Source: Chrysomallon squamiferum (taxonomy: Eukaryota; Animalia; Mollusca). Taken from it: a stretch of DNA of 64,000 bases. Position numbers and translations under genes: made by a program. The notes beneath the pieces are model-generated. The model made no database searches, was not told the DNA's origin, and saw nothing but the letters and a program-made list of their open reading frames with translations. Positions within the stretch are counted from its first letter, which is position 1; every line of letters begins with the position of its first letter. The stretch covers positions 9,796,001-9,860,000 of the forward strand of contig CM022675.1 in assembly GCA_012295275.1 (NCBI GenBank), given 5' to 3'. Shown here in pieces: positions 1 through 40,375 of the stretch.

Positions 1-96
1 AAGGCGATCAAGAAAATATTATTATTATTTTTTTTCTAAATATTTATTTATTACATTAAACATCCTTAGAAATTATATATTGAAATATCTATGTAG

Positions 97-151
97 ATAT
101 GTGATCCAGATAAGCAAACTGTTTTTAGCAATATCAGACTGAGTAAACATG
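97..151 (+). CDS. Possible penultimate exon of an unidentified upstream gene (ICDPDKQTVFSNIRLSKH)
   Basis: TAG at 94-96, open frame, strong G|GTAAGT donor at 152, phase 1; weak pyrimidine tract. Confidence 0.35.
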
Positions 152-1235
152 GTAAGTAAATACATAGATAAAAAAAATTTCCCTAAAAGTAAACAAAATG
201 GCTGCCGCTAAATATTAGGACACTGGATATTTTATTAACAGAATATACAAAATTTTAGTACAAGGTCGTTTGTGTAGGGTAAAAAAATAAATAAATAAAC
301 ATATTAATAAATAATAATAATAAATTAATAAATACAATTTTAAAAATTCAGAAAATATTACGTCGGAATACATTTATTGTATGTTAAGCATTATTTAATA
401 AATAAAAATGAACTCATAGCATATCAATTCAAAATGTTGATGCTGAGCATTTAAAAAATGCATTTTATGTTAAATAAATAAGCAAGTGTAAGTAAATCAA
501 CAAAGTTCTGGTACGTATAAATCAAGCGGATCTGTTTTATTGTTCTTATCAACGACTTGACGTCACGAGTTGAGGCTTTCTCTTAGTCATGTCTTGTAAA
601 ATGATAAGCTGTCTGCTTCATTATAGATGTAACAGCATTTTCAATTTTACTATTGGAAATCCATGATTATTAGGTGGGAAAAAAATTAAAATAAATAAAT
701 AAATAAACAAAAATAAATAAATAAATAATAGTCCCTGATGTACTTAGCTCACGTAAACGTTACGGTTCTTTCGCGTTCTTTTAAAATTAAATAATTAATA
801 TTGATCAATATTGTTATGTCTGTGTAACACTAGTACTCAGTTACAGAGGGTATTCTCCAACATGCGCATGATTCGATTCACTTATAATTTCGCTAAACGA
901 TCCAATTACGTAAGTCTAGGACGGTCTGACTTAAAAGTACGCGCAACAGAATTAGCACCAGCATATTATTTATTATACACACTTGTTTACAATGAATCGT
1001 TTCACTTATTCAGGCTCACACTTTTTTACTGAAGCGATCACAAACTCGTTTTGCCGTAAGTAAAAAAAAAAAAAAAAAAAAATATGATGTTCAACAATAC
1101 CTCAGCATGTGTAACTGTAACTGCAGCACTATTAATTCTTATATAATTGCGAGGGACTGAACTAAAAGCACCAAGCATAATCTAAAGATACATAAACCCC
1201 ATTAACATGTCTGCGGTTTATTTCTCCTTGTTTAG

Positions 1236-1309
1236 ACGTAAATTACTTGGGGGGAAATTCCTCCAAGACACGTGGGACATTAATATATGGTAAACACTGT
1301 CACTGGTGA
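1236..1309 (+). CDS. Possible terminal exon of an unidentified upstream gene (DVNYLGGNSSKTRGTLIYGKHCHW*)
   Basis: Good acceptor tttctccttgtttag, phase compatible with the donor at 152, complex sequence, AATAAA at 1594. Confidence 0.35.
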
Positions 1310-3510
1310 TATCTTAAGGAACCCAGGACAGTAATGATCTGCCAGTATTGGTCAGGGGTGTGATACGTTATCTGTGTGACTGTGGTGAAAGAGAGAAGAG
1401 AGAATATCTGGCAAGGGAGAAAGACGTTTGAGCCAATTTTCTGCATTATAATTACTATACTTTTTTTTTTTTCATAAGGTTTTACTGTTATATGTATATC
1501 ATGTTGTACAGTCAGACAGAGAAATTAAAGGTATAATCAAGATGGATACTTGTGTAGTTTTTGTGTGAGGGTGCTTTATGCACCCGACCACATAATAAAG
1601 ACTTGAAAGAAGAAACTAATACCCGATATTATCCAGGTACTTGTAAATTAGCAGCAAATATTTCGTTTCCTCCCAAACCAGTAATAGCTGGAGAAATGGC
1701 CCAAAGAATACAATGAGAAGGATTGAAACTGTTATCTACTGCACCCCAGGCCTACACATTAAAGTTAATGTCCACAGCTCAGAGCATGTACGCGCTCGCG
1801 GGCACGCACAAACACACACACACAAATTGTGATTTCTGCCCACGTCTTTCCAAATATGCAAATTAAAGATAACCTTTGGCGATATGAAGAAATAATCTAA
1901 ATATATTCTGCATACTTCCAAATTATGTTTGTGTTTTGTTTGTTTTTTTGTGATGGTTTTCTCTTTATATTTATTTATTTATTTATTTATCTTGTTTTTG
2001 TTTTTCTGTCCTGGTTGAATTAATAACGAAGTATAAAAAAACAAAAGACTACAGCAACATCCGAGGACTGTCGTGCGTGACAAATATACTTTATCGCTTA
2101 TTAGATGACGTCACAAGCAGTTTGCTACAGAATCTTGAGATGTCAACACACCAAGATAATCAAGTTAACCCTTTGCATTTACTGTCCTGCCAAAAGAACG
2201 GGAATCCATGGATCTGGGGGAACGTGCATTCCGTGTTTATTGTGGCATGTATACTGTGTTTTTTTTTTTTGTATTATTTATTTATTTATTTATTTGTTAC
2301 AAGTATTATTTTATTGTGTTATTTTGTTACAGGTCGCCCAAAACAATGAAATGATAACGAAGAAGTATAATGGATTTTATCAGAACATTTACTCATTACT
2401 GACAAAGATACACTTTAGAGAAATGCACGGGTATTGAAAATATTTATAATACACAGGGGTTCGATAAATGTCTTAAAATATAAATGAATCAAATGCATGT
2501 AAGAAGAACATTATATTAGCTAACAGAATCAATAAATATAACAAACGAACGAATGAATGAATAAATAAGGAAATGAATGAATAAATGAAATGCTAGTTTA
2601 TTTTTGTTTTTAACATCTTTTAAAAAATGTTTATCCATTAAAAAAAAAAGTAGAAGAAAGAAAGAAAAAACATTATTTTTTATCATAATTAGTATTATCA
2701 TTACCATCATCATCATTATCATTATTATTAATCAAATGTATTATTATTATTAAGATCATCATTATATTATTATTATTATGTGAAATAAAAAATATTGAAT
2801 AATATATATATATATCAATAATACCGTTGAAAATATTGTTGAAAATACCGTCATCATCATCATCATCATCATCATCACACAAGATCCCTTGGGGAGACGC
2901 CATCAGAATGATGATTAGCCTGTTTCCTCCTTGTTATCATCATTATTAAGAAACAGAATATACTGAGATGTCATTAACTTAAAATATTCAGAAGCTAGTA
3001 GTGTCTCCTTTTTTTGTCTTTTTTTTTTTGTTTGTCGTCAGCTTAAAAAATCTATAAATGATTTGAAAGCTAGAATAACTGATGTGATTCAGGGTATAAC
3101 TGAAAAAAACAGCTGCAAAATGTATTTCTAGAATTTCTGAATAATATCATGATTTGTATCCTTAATGACGGTGTGGCTTACTGAAAGATAGAAAAAAAAA
3201 GAAACAGAAACAGAAGGAAGCAATAATTACAGGATTAAAAAAAAAAAAAAGAAAAAAAAAAAAAAAGAAGAAGAAAAAAGTACGTCCTTCTCACTTGCTT
3301 AACGAGTTTTGTAAGGGGATAAAAAAAAAAAAAAAAAAATAGAAGAAAAAAAAGGGTTAATTTATTCAGTGTCTATATTTATCTCGAATGGATTACCTTT
3401 ATACCCGAACGAACCCGGAAAAATGCTACATAAATTTTTATCGTTTTAGACTTTGCCATACCTTAATTTGTAGGAATTGAAAAAAAAAAAAAAAAAAATA
3501 TTTATCTAAT

Positions 3511-3572
<62 letters not shown>

Positions 3573-3819
3573 ATAATGCAGTTAAACCACAATAAATAAA
3601 TTAAAACAAAGAAAAACAAATTTAAAAAAGGAAGAGAGAAGACAGTTAAAATTATTTCAAAACGAAGATTTATTTATAATTTTTTAACTATAGGACGTAA
3701 TCTAGTACTTCTTAGCCTATATCTGTCTCTTTTTTTCTCCCAGGACTGGACTTGTTTATATATTATTCGTGAATATATTTATGAGTAATTTATATTCATA
3801 TTATATCTGATTTTTGATT

Positions 3820-3988
3820 TGCCACGTCGCATGAACGTCATTTTTCCTATACGTATCCACTCGACTGTAATAGTGCAGTCTACACTGAAACAACACAGGT
3901 GGTGGTGTGTATTTTAATTCGCATGAATGGCAGCTCGCGCTTTCTAAATAACGGCGCATGCGTAAAAGTTGTCAACACAAACGTGGCA
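3820..3988 (+). promoter_or_regulatory. Putative PDIA5 proximal promoter with two TGCCACGT (CREB3/XBP1-type) motifs and an NRF1-like GCGCATGCG
   Basis: TGCCACGTC at 3820-3828, ACGTGGCA at 3981-3988, GCGCATGCG at 3954-3962; local CpG enrichment just before the ATG. Confidence 0.5.
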
Positions 3989-3990
3989 TC

Positions 3991-29810
<25,820 letters not shown>

Positions 29811-30393
29811 TAACTTGGTGCTATTTTTAGAAAAAAAATATATATTAAATTTTATTTATCATTTTACTTACTAGTTGTTTGTTGTTTGTTATTTTGAACT
29901 AAAAAAAAAAAAAAAATTAAAAAAAAATGTTCTGTATATGTTAGTATAGCTTGTGCATTCGTCTGTATGCCTGTCTGTATATTTACATACAGACAGACAT
30001 ACACACACACACACATACAAAATATGTAATAGTTTATGTTATTGCCATTTTATTAATTTTTTTAAAACCCACAAATCTTAGAAATTAAACAAAATTGTTA
30101 AATCACATCATTATTCTTAAATAGGAAATTTTGGTTTGATGTGAAAAGAAAATATCCTAGAAAATAATAGTTATTTATTCCTGGAATATTCTAGATAATA
30201 GCAGTAATTATTTCTGGAATTTCCTAATACTTAATTGTTGTTTATTCCTGAAAATAAATTTTGAATGTGTCCAGGAATTGAGGTCGACGGAATTTTTTTA
30301 TAATATAAAAATACTCGGAAGCAGGCAAGGGGAAGCAACCTCTTCTGTTTTAATGAGATTTATTTCTAGGATTATTTTTTAATTTTATTTATT

Positions 30394-30495
<102 letters not shown>

Positions 30496-30988
30496 TATTT
30501 AATTTATTTATTTATTTACTACCTGATTATTGTTTTTATATTGTTTTTGCTCTTGCTCATTTTTTAAAGGTTTTATGTGGGTATCTAAAAATAAGAATTA
30601 TAGTCTAAGAAAGATAACCGCCGTTTTTAAAGAAAAAAAGAGTTTTTCCCCTTACTCCGAACTGTTTTACTATAGGAATGAATAACATCCAATGATTAGC
30701 GCAATTTAGTCTATGAGGAGTTATTTCCCTTAGTCTGTTACACTCTCTTTCTCTGCAACAACTGATCGATTTAATACAATTTACTTGAAGTAAAATAACA
30801 ACTACAAAATGAGTAACTTTTCTTTGTTTGTTGCCGAAATAATTTGTGAAATGGTTAATAAAAGTCAGTTCTAATTAGAATTATTTAAAAAATGGAAGTG
30901 AAAGGCAAACGTAACATAAAGAATAAGAAGAATAAACATTACTTTGTTTCACTGGATTTATAAGTTTTGCAGTAGACAATTTTTTTTG

Positions 30989-31043
<55 letters not shown>

Positions 31044-32078
31044 CAACTGGAATAAACGATGAAACGGGCAGATCCTGTAAATGTCCGTATTTTCATGCGC
31101 ACACACACACACACACACGAAACTAAGACCATACCTAAAATACGAACGTGCATCCATTTTGTACGATTTGGGGCGAGGTTTGGAGGATAACGGGGTTTAT
31201 TGCCACCCATTTATATAAAGATGGATATTCCAGTTTTAGAAAATACCATTGCCGGTTTATACAAGAGTCATTATATATATTGAACGCTCATTATAACAGA
31301 TACACAGGTCCGTGTTAAAATACAAACATTCTGGACCATTAAAGCCTATTTTTCCTGACGTGCTTCGCAGATAACTATCAAATTCTCACTCTAATCCCAC
31401 TAATACATTTATCTACCATCGCTTCCCGTACACCACGATAAAACACTGCGAACCCTTTCATTTAAACATCACCAGTCATAAAAGTTATTTTCAACAGGAT
31501 TTTCTCGGCCTAGCATAAATACGTACTAAACATTTCCTCAAACCTCCTGGGAGTTGTCCGCTCTTGTCTAAATCGACTGTTAATTATTAGTACATTGTAC
31601 GCAGACGAAAAATTACCCTAGTTTAACCACGACGGTATCAATGGCGTGCTTTGGGTACCCCGCGCTGAAGAAATTCCGGTCGTTAGATGAACCCGTTTTT
31701 TCACAATGGCCGGATTTAGAGTTTCACGCTTTGGTCATTCTGAAAGGGGAGATAAGCCGATAATTTGGACATGTTGGCGTTTGAGAGATTCCTAATTAAA
31801 CCCTTGTATGTAATTCGGTGGCTTTGGCGGTCCACATTACTTCTTCATGTGAGTTTTTTCGTTGATAAAATAAAAAATAAAAAAATAAAATAAATACGTG
31901 AAGTGTAAAAGAAAATAACGATATTTAACCTTTTTAAAAACGACTTAAGACTCAGATAAGAGATAAAAAATAGAACATCTGTCGACGGACGTATGGATGG
32001 ATATATGGTCACATCAGTGTGAATTTCAGGGGTAGTTTTATTGTTGCCCCCTTATTCAAATAGTATTCATATTTTATT

Positions 32079-32132
<54 letters not shown>

Positions 32133-32663
32133 TGTGCTTCTTTTATTCATTTATTTATTTTGGATTGATTTTCTTGTAGTAAAACGTATCTCAGTCTTCA
32201 GGATTAAATCCATACGTTTTCTAAAAAATTTGGTTTCAATAAAGATAATAATGAACAAAGTTTCTGATACTTAGATTAGTAAGCCTAATGGTTATTGTTA
32301 TTATTATTATTTTGATTAATAAAGAACATTTTTAGTAAATAAAAATAAAAACAAAACAAAACAAACATACAAGCAACAACAAAACCTTTTCTTTTAGTTT
32401 TTTCCTTCTTTCATCTTCGTGTTCTTTGTCTTCTACTCTTTCATTCTTTCTCGCTGTCCATCTTCCTTATCCTATTTCTTTTCCCTCTGTCTTTTCTCAG
32501 TTTCTCTGTCTCTTTATCTGTCTACCTACCTACCTGTCTATTTATCTTTCTATCTACTACATATCTATCTATCTATCCGTCTGTCTGTCCGTCGGTCTAT
32601 CTATCTAATTATCTTTCTATTTTTCAGTGAGTCTGTTTTCTTCTGTTTTTTTCTCACACCTCC

Positions 32664-32753
<90 letters not shown>

Positions 32754-33443
32754 ACATCTTTCAACCTCTATTTTCGTTCGTCCGAGTAAACCTCTTTTTC
32801 CCCCTCTCTCCTTCACAAACAATTCTTTCTTAAACAAAATGCAACACCCGCGATGACAAATTAGCTAATATGACTTGACAAAATGGCGACAGGTCGACAT
32901 TTCAGTTACAAGCCGTTGAACAAAAGACCGTGCTTCGCGTGTAATTGACAACAAGACGTAGTGAAATGGAAAACAGTGTTTTCTGTCACCGCGTCTTCGA
33001 TGATTATGACAAACTGTTACGGGATGAACAGTGAAGATGAAGTATATGAAAAACGAGACTTTTAAACACAAACGACAATACATCGTGTTCCGGTATAATA
33101 TTGTCAAAGCTTCTGCTAATCGTTTGTGTCAGAAAAAAAAAAAAAAAAAAAAAAAATTGAAGGGAAAAAAAAATACGAAAAAAAACGAAAAATATTTACT
33201 GACCGATTTTTTGAACTGCGCTTTAAAATTTCTGTAATTATGATGTAAATTGGGTACGTGTGAAAGAGGAGGGAGATCGTGCCAAAAGTCGGGTGCCTAA
33301 AATCGCGCCAACCTGAAGGTCACAAGACGTAAACTGCTGGTTGCTAAGGTCGATTCCCTCTTTCAATCATAACCAGATGTAAATGCAAAATTGCAGTTCT
33401 CCGTGTCTAACTGTATAACGTATTAAAATCAGCATTTCCCAAT

Positions 33444-33550
33444 CCAGCCAATTCCCCAATGCTACTGGTTTATCGAAAGACCGTGATATGTGATTTTCTG
33501 TCTTTAGGTAGGTACATACTAAATATCTCTTGTTGCTAAATCCAAAAAGA
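33444..33550 (+). mobile_element. Degenerate SINE central domain, MetaSINE-like
   Basis: CCAGCCA...ACTGGTTTATCGAAAGACCGTGATATGTG...CTGTCT...GGTACATACTAAATATCTCTTGTTGCTAA resembles the mollusc SINE core CCAGCCAGTGCTCCACGACTGGTGTAACAAAGGCCGTGGTATGT...CCTGTCTGTGGGATGGTGCATATAAAAGATCCCTTGCTGCTAA as recalled from memory; not searched. Confidence 0.6.
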
Positions 33551-34152
33551 AACTTATTTTATTTCCATTACACAGACTGAGAGAGAGAGAGAGAGAGAGT
33601 TAATATTATAACGAGCGAAAGTCGAAGTTAAACATTCATTCATTTACCCATTCGTTCACTCACTGACTCTCAACAAACAGAAAAAACACACAAAAACATG
33701 GCAATACTCTTATCAGAAGCATTATTAACATCAAGCCATTTGATACAAGCCGATATAAAAACACACACACACACACACTCGTCAGTTTAACTTCTGTACA
33801 GTACACCGGTGTTGAATTCAGGATCAGCGGATCTCCGCTGTTTGAAAAAAAACGACAAAAAAAACAACAACGTGTATACTCAGGATTATCTCGCAGACAA
33901 CTGGGGTCATTTCTGTGATGTTAAAGATAGCTCTTCGGTCCTTTTTACTGTCGAGAATATGCACGATCACACAACTCCTTGTTGACCACACGCATTCGTG
34001 GCATGCTATGTCCACTTAAAGCCCCGGTTTGTTTACGTATTTAGACGCACCACAAACAAGCAGGGAACATACGCTGACTCGAGGGGATTAACCGGAGTGA
34101 AATTTCGGCGTTAAGTATGTTTACCGAGGACGTTCCAGCGTGAATCGTCAAG

Positions 34153-34240
34153 TGGCGTGTGGATAGTTTTACGTGTGAAGGGTCATCGGTTCAAATCCCT
34201 TGAATATTTTTTTTTTTATTTTTTTTTTTTTTTTTTTTTA
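34153..34240 (+). mobile_element. tRNA-derived Pol III promoter relic (SINE-head-like) followed by poly-T
   Basis: A-box-like TGGCGTGTGG 34153-34162, B box GGTTCAAATCCC 34188-34199; another B box GTTCGAGTCC at 34341. Confidence 0.4.
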
Positions 34241-34969
34241 ATATCCTCGTAGTTGTCATTGTCATCGTCGTTACCATCATGATCATTACCATTGTTATAA
34301 TTTAATTAATGTTTAAACAGAAAAATCTGTCGAGATCCGCGTTCGAGTCCACGGCAGGCGTGCATAAACTTTAACTAGATACTAATAAGTAATAGGTTAA
34401 GTGCAGATTCCTTCTCAGTAATTCTGAAGTCGAATCTAAAACTTCAAAATCATTAATCTTACGACGGACACAGAAAGAAATAATTTACAGCGTGGATCCA
34501 TTAGAAAAAAAAAACAAACTAAACTATTCAAGCACGCTTTTCGTGGATAAATTCAGCAAGGTTTTTACCCACGACAAGAGAAATTACGTAATAGTCTTTT
34601 CTCATCTACCATTAAATAATTATAACTTTTTCCCCATTTTTGAACTTTGACCCCGGGTGTCAAGGTCAAGGTCGGCGACTGCTTTGCCAGGCAGCGCGAG
34701 CATTTGATAAGCGTATCTCTGCCTTTGGCGCAGGCTTCCGTATTTTGCCCGGTTCCTTCGCTGGGCGCAGATATGTTAGCCCCAGGGTCAGGGTTGCTTT
34801 TGTTTTCTCTGTCAGTCAGAAGGGAGATAACCGTGGCAGACCAACAATGGTATCAGTTACGTAATGCTAAATATTAATGCTACCCAGAAACTGCGAATTT
34901 GAGAGAAAGATAATCCACGCGAGGAGCAGATTGACGTAACCTTTTGTGCTGGAGCATTTGACTAATCTC

Positions 34970-34992
34970 CGATTCTCACACATTTTTATCTA

Positions 34993-35068
<76 letters not shown>

Positions 35069-35144
35069 CTGCTTTCATGTATTATCGCGCTGTCTTCTTC
35101 TCACATTTTTCTTTATTTGTCCCTATTTTCATTCTTGCTATTTC

Positions 35145-35231
<87 letters not shown>

Positions 35232-35350
35232 TGCTGCTGCTTTCGTATATTATCGCGTAGTCTTCTTCTCTCATAATTATCGAATACAATTTTTCTTTAT
35301 TTGTCCATGTAATCATTCTTGCTATTTCATACTCTCTCTCTCACTCTCAA
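34970..35350. repeat. Local triplication of a (CT)n-containing unit (CTGCTTTC..TATTATCGCG..GTCTTCTTCTC..ATTCTTGCTATTTCATAC)
   Basis: Unique flanks recur around (CT)n tracts. Confidence 0.7.
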
Positions 35351-35417
35351 TCTCTCTCTCTGAAGCTTTCGCTTTTAATTTCTCTCATATGTACAGATAC
35401 CCCGATCCTTTCTTGAC

Positions 35418-35478
<61 letters not shown>

Positions 35479-37957
35479 AATCCCTTCCAGTCTCTTTACT
35501 TCAGAAGCTATTCAATATCGGACTGGTCAGTCCCGTGTTAACACAACATCTGACCCGCTCCTGGTAAACAAAAATTGAAAATCGATAAATTACGATTATG
35601 AATGCGAAGGGTCATGATCTTGCATCTCAAAGCAAGATTTTTAATTTTTTTTTTTTTTTTTTTCTCTCTCTCGCTTTCTTTTTCTGCTGAAAGTAAGTTT
35701 TAGAAACTAGCATATTCCTTTCTTAAATACACCGTGGTTTTATTTGTGTAGTTTCCGACAGAATATATTTTCGTCAATCAACATGAATAAATACCCACAG
35801 CTGAGCAAACGTTCTAGAAAATGATGACGTCATCGGACAATTTATTTCTGGATCTGGAAACAATTATGCTGGAAAATGAAGGGTAACGTGACTTTTAATT
35901 AATGGAGTTATTAACTTTTTTTTTTTTTTTCCCCGTCTCCGCGTAATTCAGTTACCAGGTGAAATTAATTAAACAGAGTCGAAATAAATTAATAATATTC
36001 ACGTTTTGTAATAAAATAAAATTATGGCACATTTATTTATCTGGCATTTGGGTGTGTGAAAAAGGTTTTTTTTTTTTTTATTTTTTTTTTTTTTCATAAA
36101 GTATGTATACGTGTGTGTATGACAAAAAGAAAATGAGAAAAATGGAGAATGAAAAAAATTATTTGAAAAGAAAATATTATTAATATGGAAAATTTAATAA
36201 TAATAATAATGATGATAAAGATGATGATGATAATGATGATAATAATAATGACGATAACAATAGAATGCATATGGCAAAACATTATTAACTTTTATAGTTT
36301 TCTAAATCATATATTCCTGTTATTTATTTATTTATTTATTTTTTTAAATTTATCATTTTATTCTCGCAATCGAAAAACGAAAAAAAAAAAAAAAAAAAAA
36401 ATAATAATAATAATAATAATACAAAATAAATAAAAATTAAAGAAAGGCAAATGGCGTCGGGTCGGAAAATAATGTGCCTATAAATCTTCTAGTCTTTTAA
36501 ATTACTTTTTTGTTTGTTTGTTTGTTTGTTTTCTTTTCTTCCCCCCCCCAGGGCGTTAAGGATTACTTTTTATTATTATCTGATATCCCCCTTTTCTTTC
36601 GAACTTATATACATATACTTTTTTTGGCAAGAAAAAAATAAAAATAAAAGTCAAAAGATGTACGATTTTTCGCAGTCATTCCTGTTTACTTCAAACAAAA
36701 TTATAAGAAAATGATATTAGTAGCTAATAGTAGTAACATTAGTAGCAGCAGCAAAAATAATACTAATTGTATTAACATATGGTAGTAGTAGTAATACAAA
36801 TAATATTGGTAACTCTAGTAACATATGGTGGTGGTAGTAGTTGTTGTTATTGTTGTTTTCGTGTATTTTCTGTCTTTTTCTTTTTTTTCTTTCCGTGCGA
36901 TAATATTCAGTTTCTATTCTGTAATTGCCTCTTCAAGTCAAGAAATTGAATTACTGGTTGTTGTTTTTTATGACAGGTAATTTATTTGTTATCTCCTCTT
37001 ACATTTGGCATGTTGGATGGCGATTTGAAACGATCTGGACGAAATCTAAAACGTATAATTTAGTCCTTTATTGTAATTTCCTCCTTTGGTTTTGAAAAGC
37101 ACTATAAAATTGGTGTTCTGACTTTTAATGCGAAATGTTGACTCCACTTCGACCTTGAATGAAAGCCGTGTTTGCACTGTTGATTGTAGTACCTCTGCAA
37201 AAACGACCTTGGGGTGAGGGGCGCGTATGGGAACAAGACACCTCCTTTTGTTACGTAACTACAAACTTCAAAAGGCAGACGTAATCCGAACGACATTTAG
37301 CGAGCGAAATTAATTCAACGTCACGAACCGTATATAACCACAAAAGTGGCGTCGCGTCAAATATTTAAGAGCTAGGTTTTTACGTTCTTCTCTCTTCTTC
37401 TTCTTCTTTTTTTTTTTTTTTTCTTTTCGTGTTGAAAGCGCGAGCCTAAACATAAACATACTTATCGCATAACATTCATGTCCAGGGTGGTAATTATACG
37501 GTTTAATAAATTGATTCCACTGTTAGAATTTTTACACGTAGTAATTTAAATCCGAACACGATACCCGAAATAAAATTTACAGACTCAAGGGCGTTGGATA
37601 GCATATCACCTCATTTATTATTTATCGTGAGGTTTGTGAATGGTTTCCTGTGTAAAGCAGTTCTCGTAAAATTGGCTGTTGAAAAACAAAAATAATGGGC
37701 GGATCAAGAGAGGACGAAATGGTGGTATCTATTATACCTTATAGTTTTGTCGATCGATCGAAAAAAAAAAAAATGTATAATTAAACCCATTTCATCTTCA
37801 GAGTATAAAATTCTATATATCCATTACATTGACGGCATACCTCCCTGTTACAGAACACTGAACTCAACCTTCAGAAAGACGAGGCCCGTTTTTGGAATGG
37901 GTTATAATTATTTTAAATTTTGATTCTTCTGATTTTTATGTTCAGTATAATTCTACC

Positions 37958-38055
<98 letters not shown>

Positions 38056-39257
38056 CTCATCTATCCATCCATTTCTTTTCAACACCACCTCTATCCGCTG
38101 TCACACATTTCTCTCTTTCTCTCTCTCCTCTCCCTTTCCCACCTATAATTCCATGCTGTCAAAAGCTCGCTAGTGACGTTTATATCACTTAGCTTAATTC
38201 CAGTGATTTAAACACGTGAGAGTTAATTGGTAACTGATCCAGAATACGTGATATTTTAATTTTCTGTTTTTCTCGATCGTTTGTGTCACTGCAATCGTAA
38301 TTATTATATTTACGGTAATCACAGGCGGGGAAAATATGCGCATACTATGAATGGCACGCTTTTTGTCTTTTTTAACCTAATTCTTCTTCTTCCTTTTTTT
38401 TATTTTTTATTTTTTATTGTGTGTGTTTATGTGTGTGTTTGTGTGTATGTTTGTTACGTATCCCTAGACTTGCTGCAGGAACTATGTTTTCAGTATATAA
38501 TACGAAAATAAATTCAACAGCTTAATTTATGTTACTTTTATTCTACATTTTTTTAAAAATCTTTTGTTGCCCCCTATATGTGTTTATCTGAGTATCCTTT
38601 TGTCTGTTTGACCATCCATTCATCAATCTTTCCGTCTGCCTCTCTATTTATTTGTCTGTGTGTGTGTGTGTGTACCTGACCATCTCTCTGCCTATCTATT
38701 TGTACGTCTGTCTGTCGAAATCTCCCCGTAATACCTTCCAGCCTATCAGTCTGTCGGTATTTCTGTTTGCGTGTGTGTCTTTCTGAGTAGGTTTTTAATG
38801 AAATACCTGGTAGGTATCTCTCACATCACCACCCATACATACAACTTAACAGTGACAACTACACACCCAACATCCTCACAATTGATGCAGCATAAAATGT
38901 CAGACGAAGGAAAAAAAAAATAAATAAAAAAAAAAAAAAAAAAAAAAAACTATTTTCCATTTACCAAGTCACGTTTTATCCATGTAAGTACACACGCCAT
39001 CTACTTGACGTACGAATGTGTGAAAAGTTGCACAGTGTCGTAAAATCCTGACTCTCTGTTCTGACCGTGTTGTCGGTTGCTGTTAGCAACGTGTGATGTT
39101 ACGCAGCTGCCTGGTGTAGATGTCAGACTGACAAGTATCACGTCTGCAACGAGCGCTGGAAGCAGACGTCATATATTGTCTTTTTGAAGGCCGCCATGTT
39201 CTTCTATTATTCTACTACTACTATTATTATTACTACTACTACTACTACTACTACTAT

Positions 39258-39289
<32 letters not shown>

Positions 39290-39878
39290 TTATTCTCTCC
39301 CCAGTGTTTTATTTTATTTTTTTTTCTGTCAGTATTTTCCTCTTATTTATACTTTCGTTCTTTTTCTTAATTAATGTCTTTACCTATTTCTTTCCATTTT
39401 CTTTTAATTCATCATCATCATTATTAAATTTTCCTTCTTTGTCTTCTGTATGTAAACTAAATGCAAACTATATCTGACACCCACACCCACTCACCCATGC
39501 GAATAGTTTATGCATACATATTTTCCCTCATTTTCTCACTCACGCGTTCTCTAATATATATATATAGGTATGTATGTATGGATGTACGCATGCATGCATG
39601 CATGTATGGACTTACATTTTCTTTGCCGTTGCGGATTCTTAATTATTATAATTACTGTAAGCTGATCGTTGCTGAAATTACATAGTGTTACATTTGGCGC
39701 CTTTCTTTTTTTATTTTTTATTTTTCTTTTTCTTTCAGTCCCCTAGACTTGATTGAAGTAATTTTCACATCTTTCAGAATGCAATTATGTAGATTTAAAT
39801 AGCGAAAATTTCAAGTTCTGTCAAACATTCACATAACGTTCACATAATATATATATATATATATATATAATTATTCAC

Positions 39879-39920
<42 letters not shown>

Positions 39921-40338
39921 GTAAAACCAATTCCAAACGGACACAAACGATTCTTTATTCTATATTCATTACGACTATCAACCAGTGATCTTACCCTGTT
40001 AAACTGTTCACCTTTGTTCTGTTCATACGCCCATACACAGCCTGCTTGCACCTTAATTAGTCATAAGCTGGGAAATAATTGGATTCATAAGTGCACAGAT
40101 AAGACAAGTGGGGGAGGGAGGGTGAAAGAGGGTGGTGGATGAAAACGGATAAAAACCGCCGAGGACTGCTAAAGTATCTTTTGAGTTGTTTAGAAAGTAC
40201 AATCTCTGCTGGAACAAAGATGGTGATTATTTTGTTTCGAAAGATCTGCAGCAGATGTTTTTTCGTAAGAAATTTTTCCTACTTTTTTTTTTTTTAAAAG
40301 ATAAGACAAGTGTCCATTGTACTGTAATATATCGTAGA

Positions 40339-40375
<37 letters not shown>

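Noticed and set aside
2165-3360. piggyBac-like element bounded by TTAACCCTTT and AAAGGGTTAA
   Set aside because: The inverted match is only 10 bp and the right copy merges into poly-A; no internal support
34153-34200. Functional tRNA gene
   Set aside because: A/B-box-like motifs are present but I could not form an acceptor stem or cloverleaf; kept only as a SINE-like relic
34640-34877. Short GC-rich ORFs of 74-76 aa as coding exons
   Set aside because: No recognisable domain or convincing splice sites; open frames are expected by chance in GC-rich DNA
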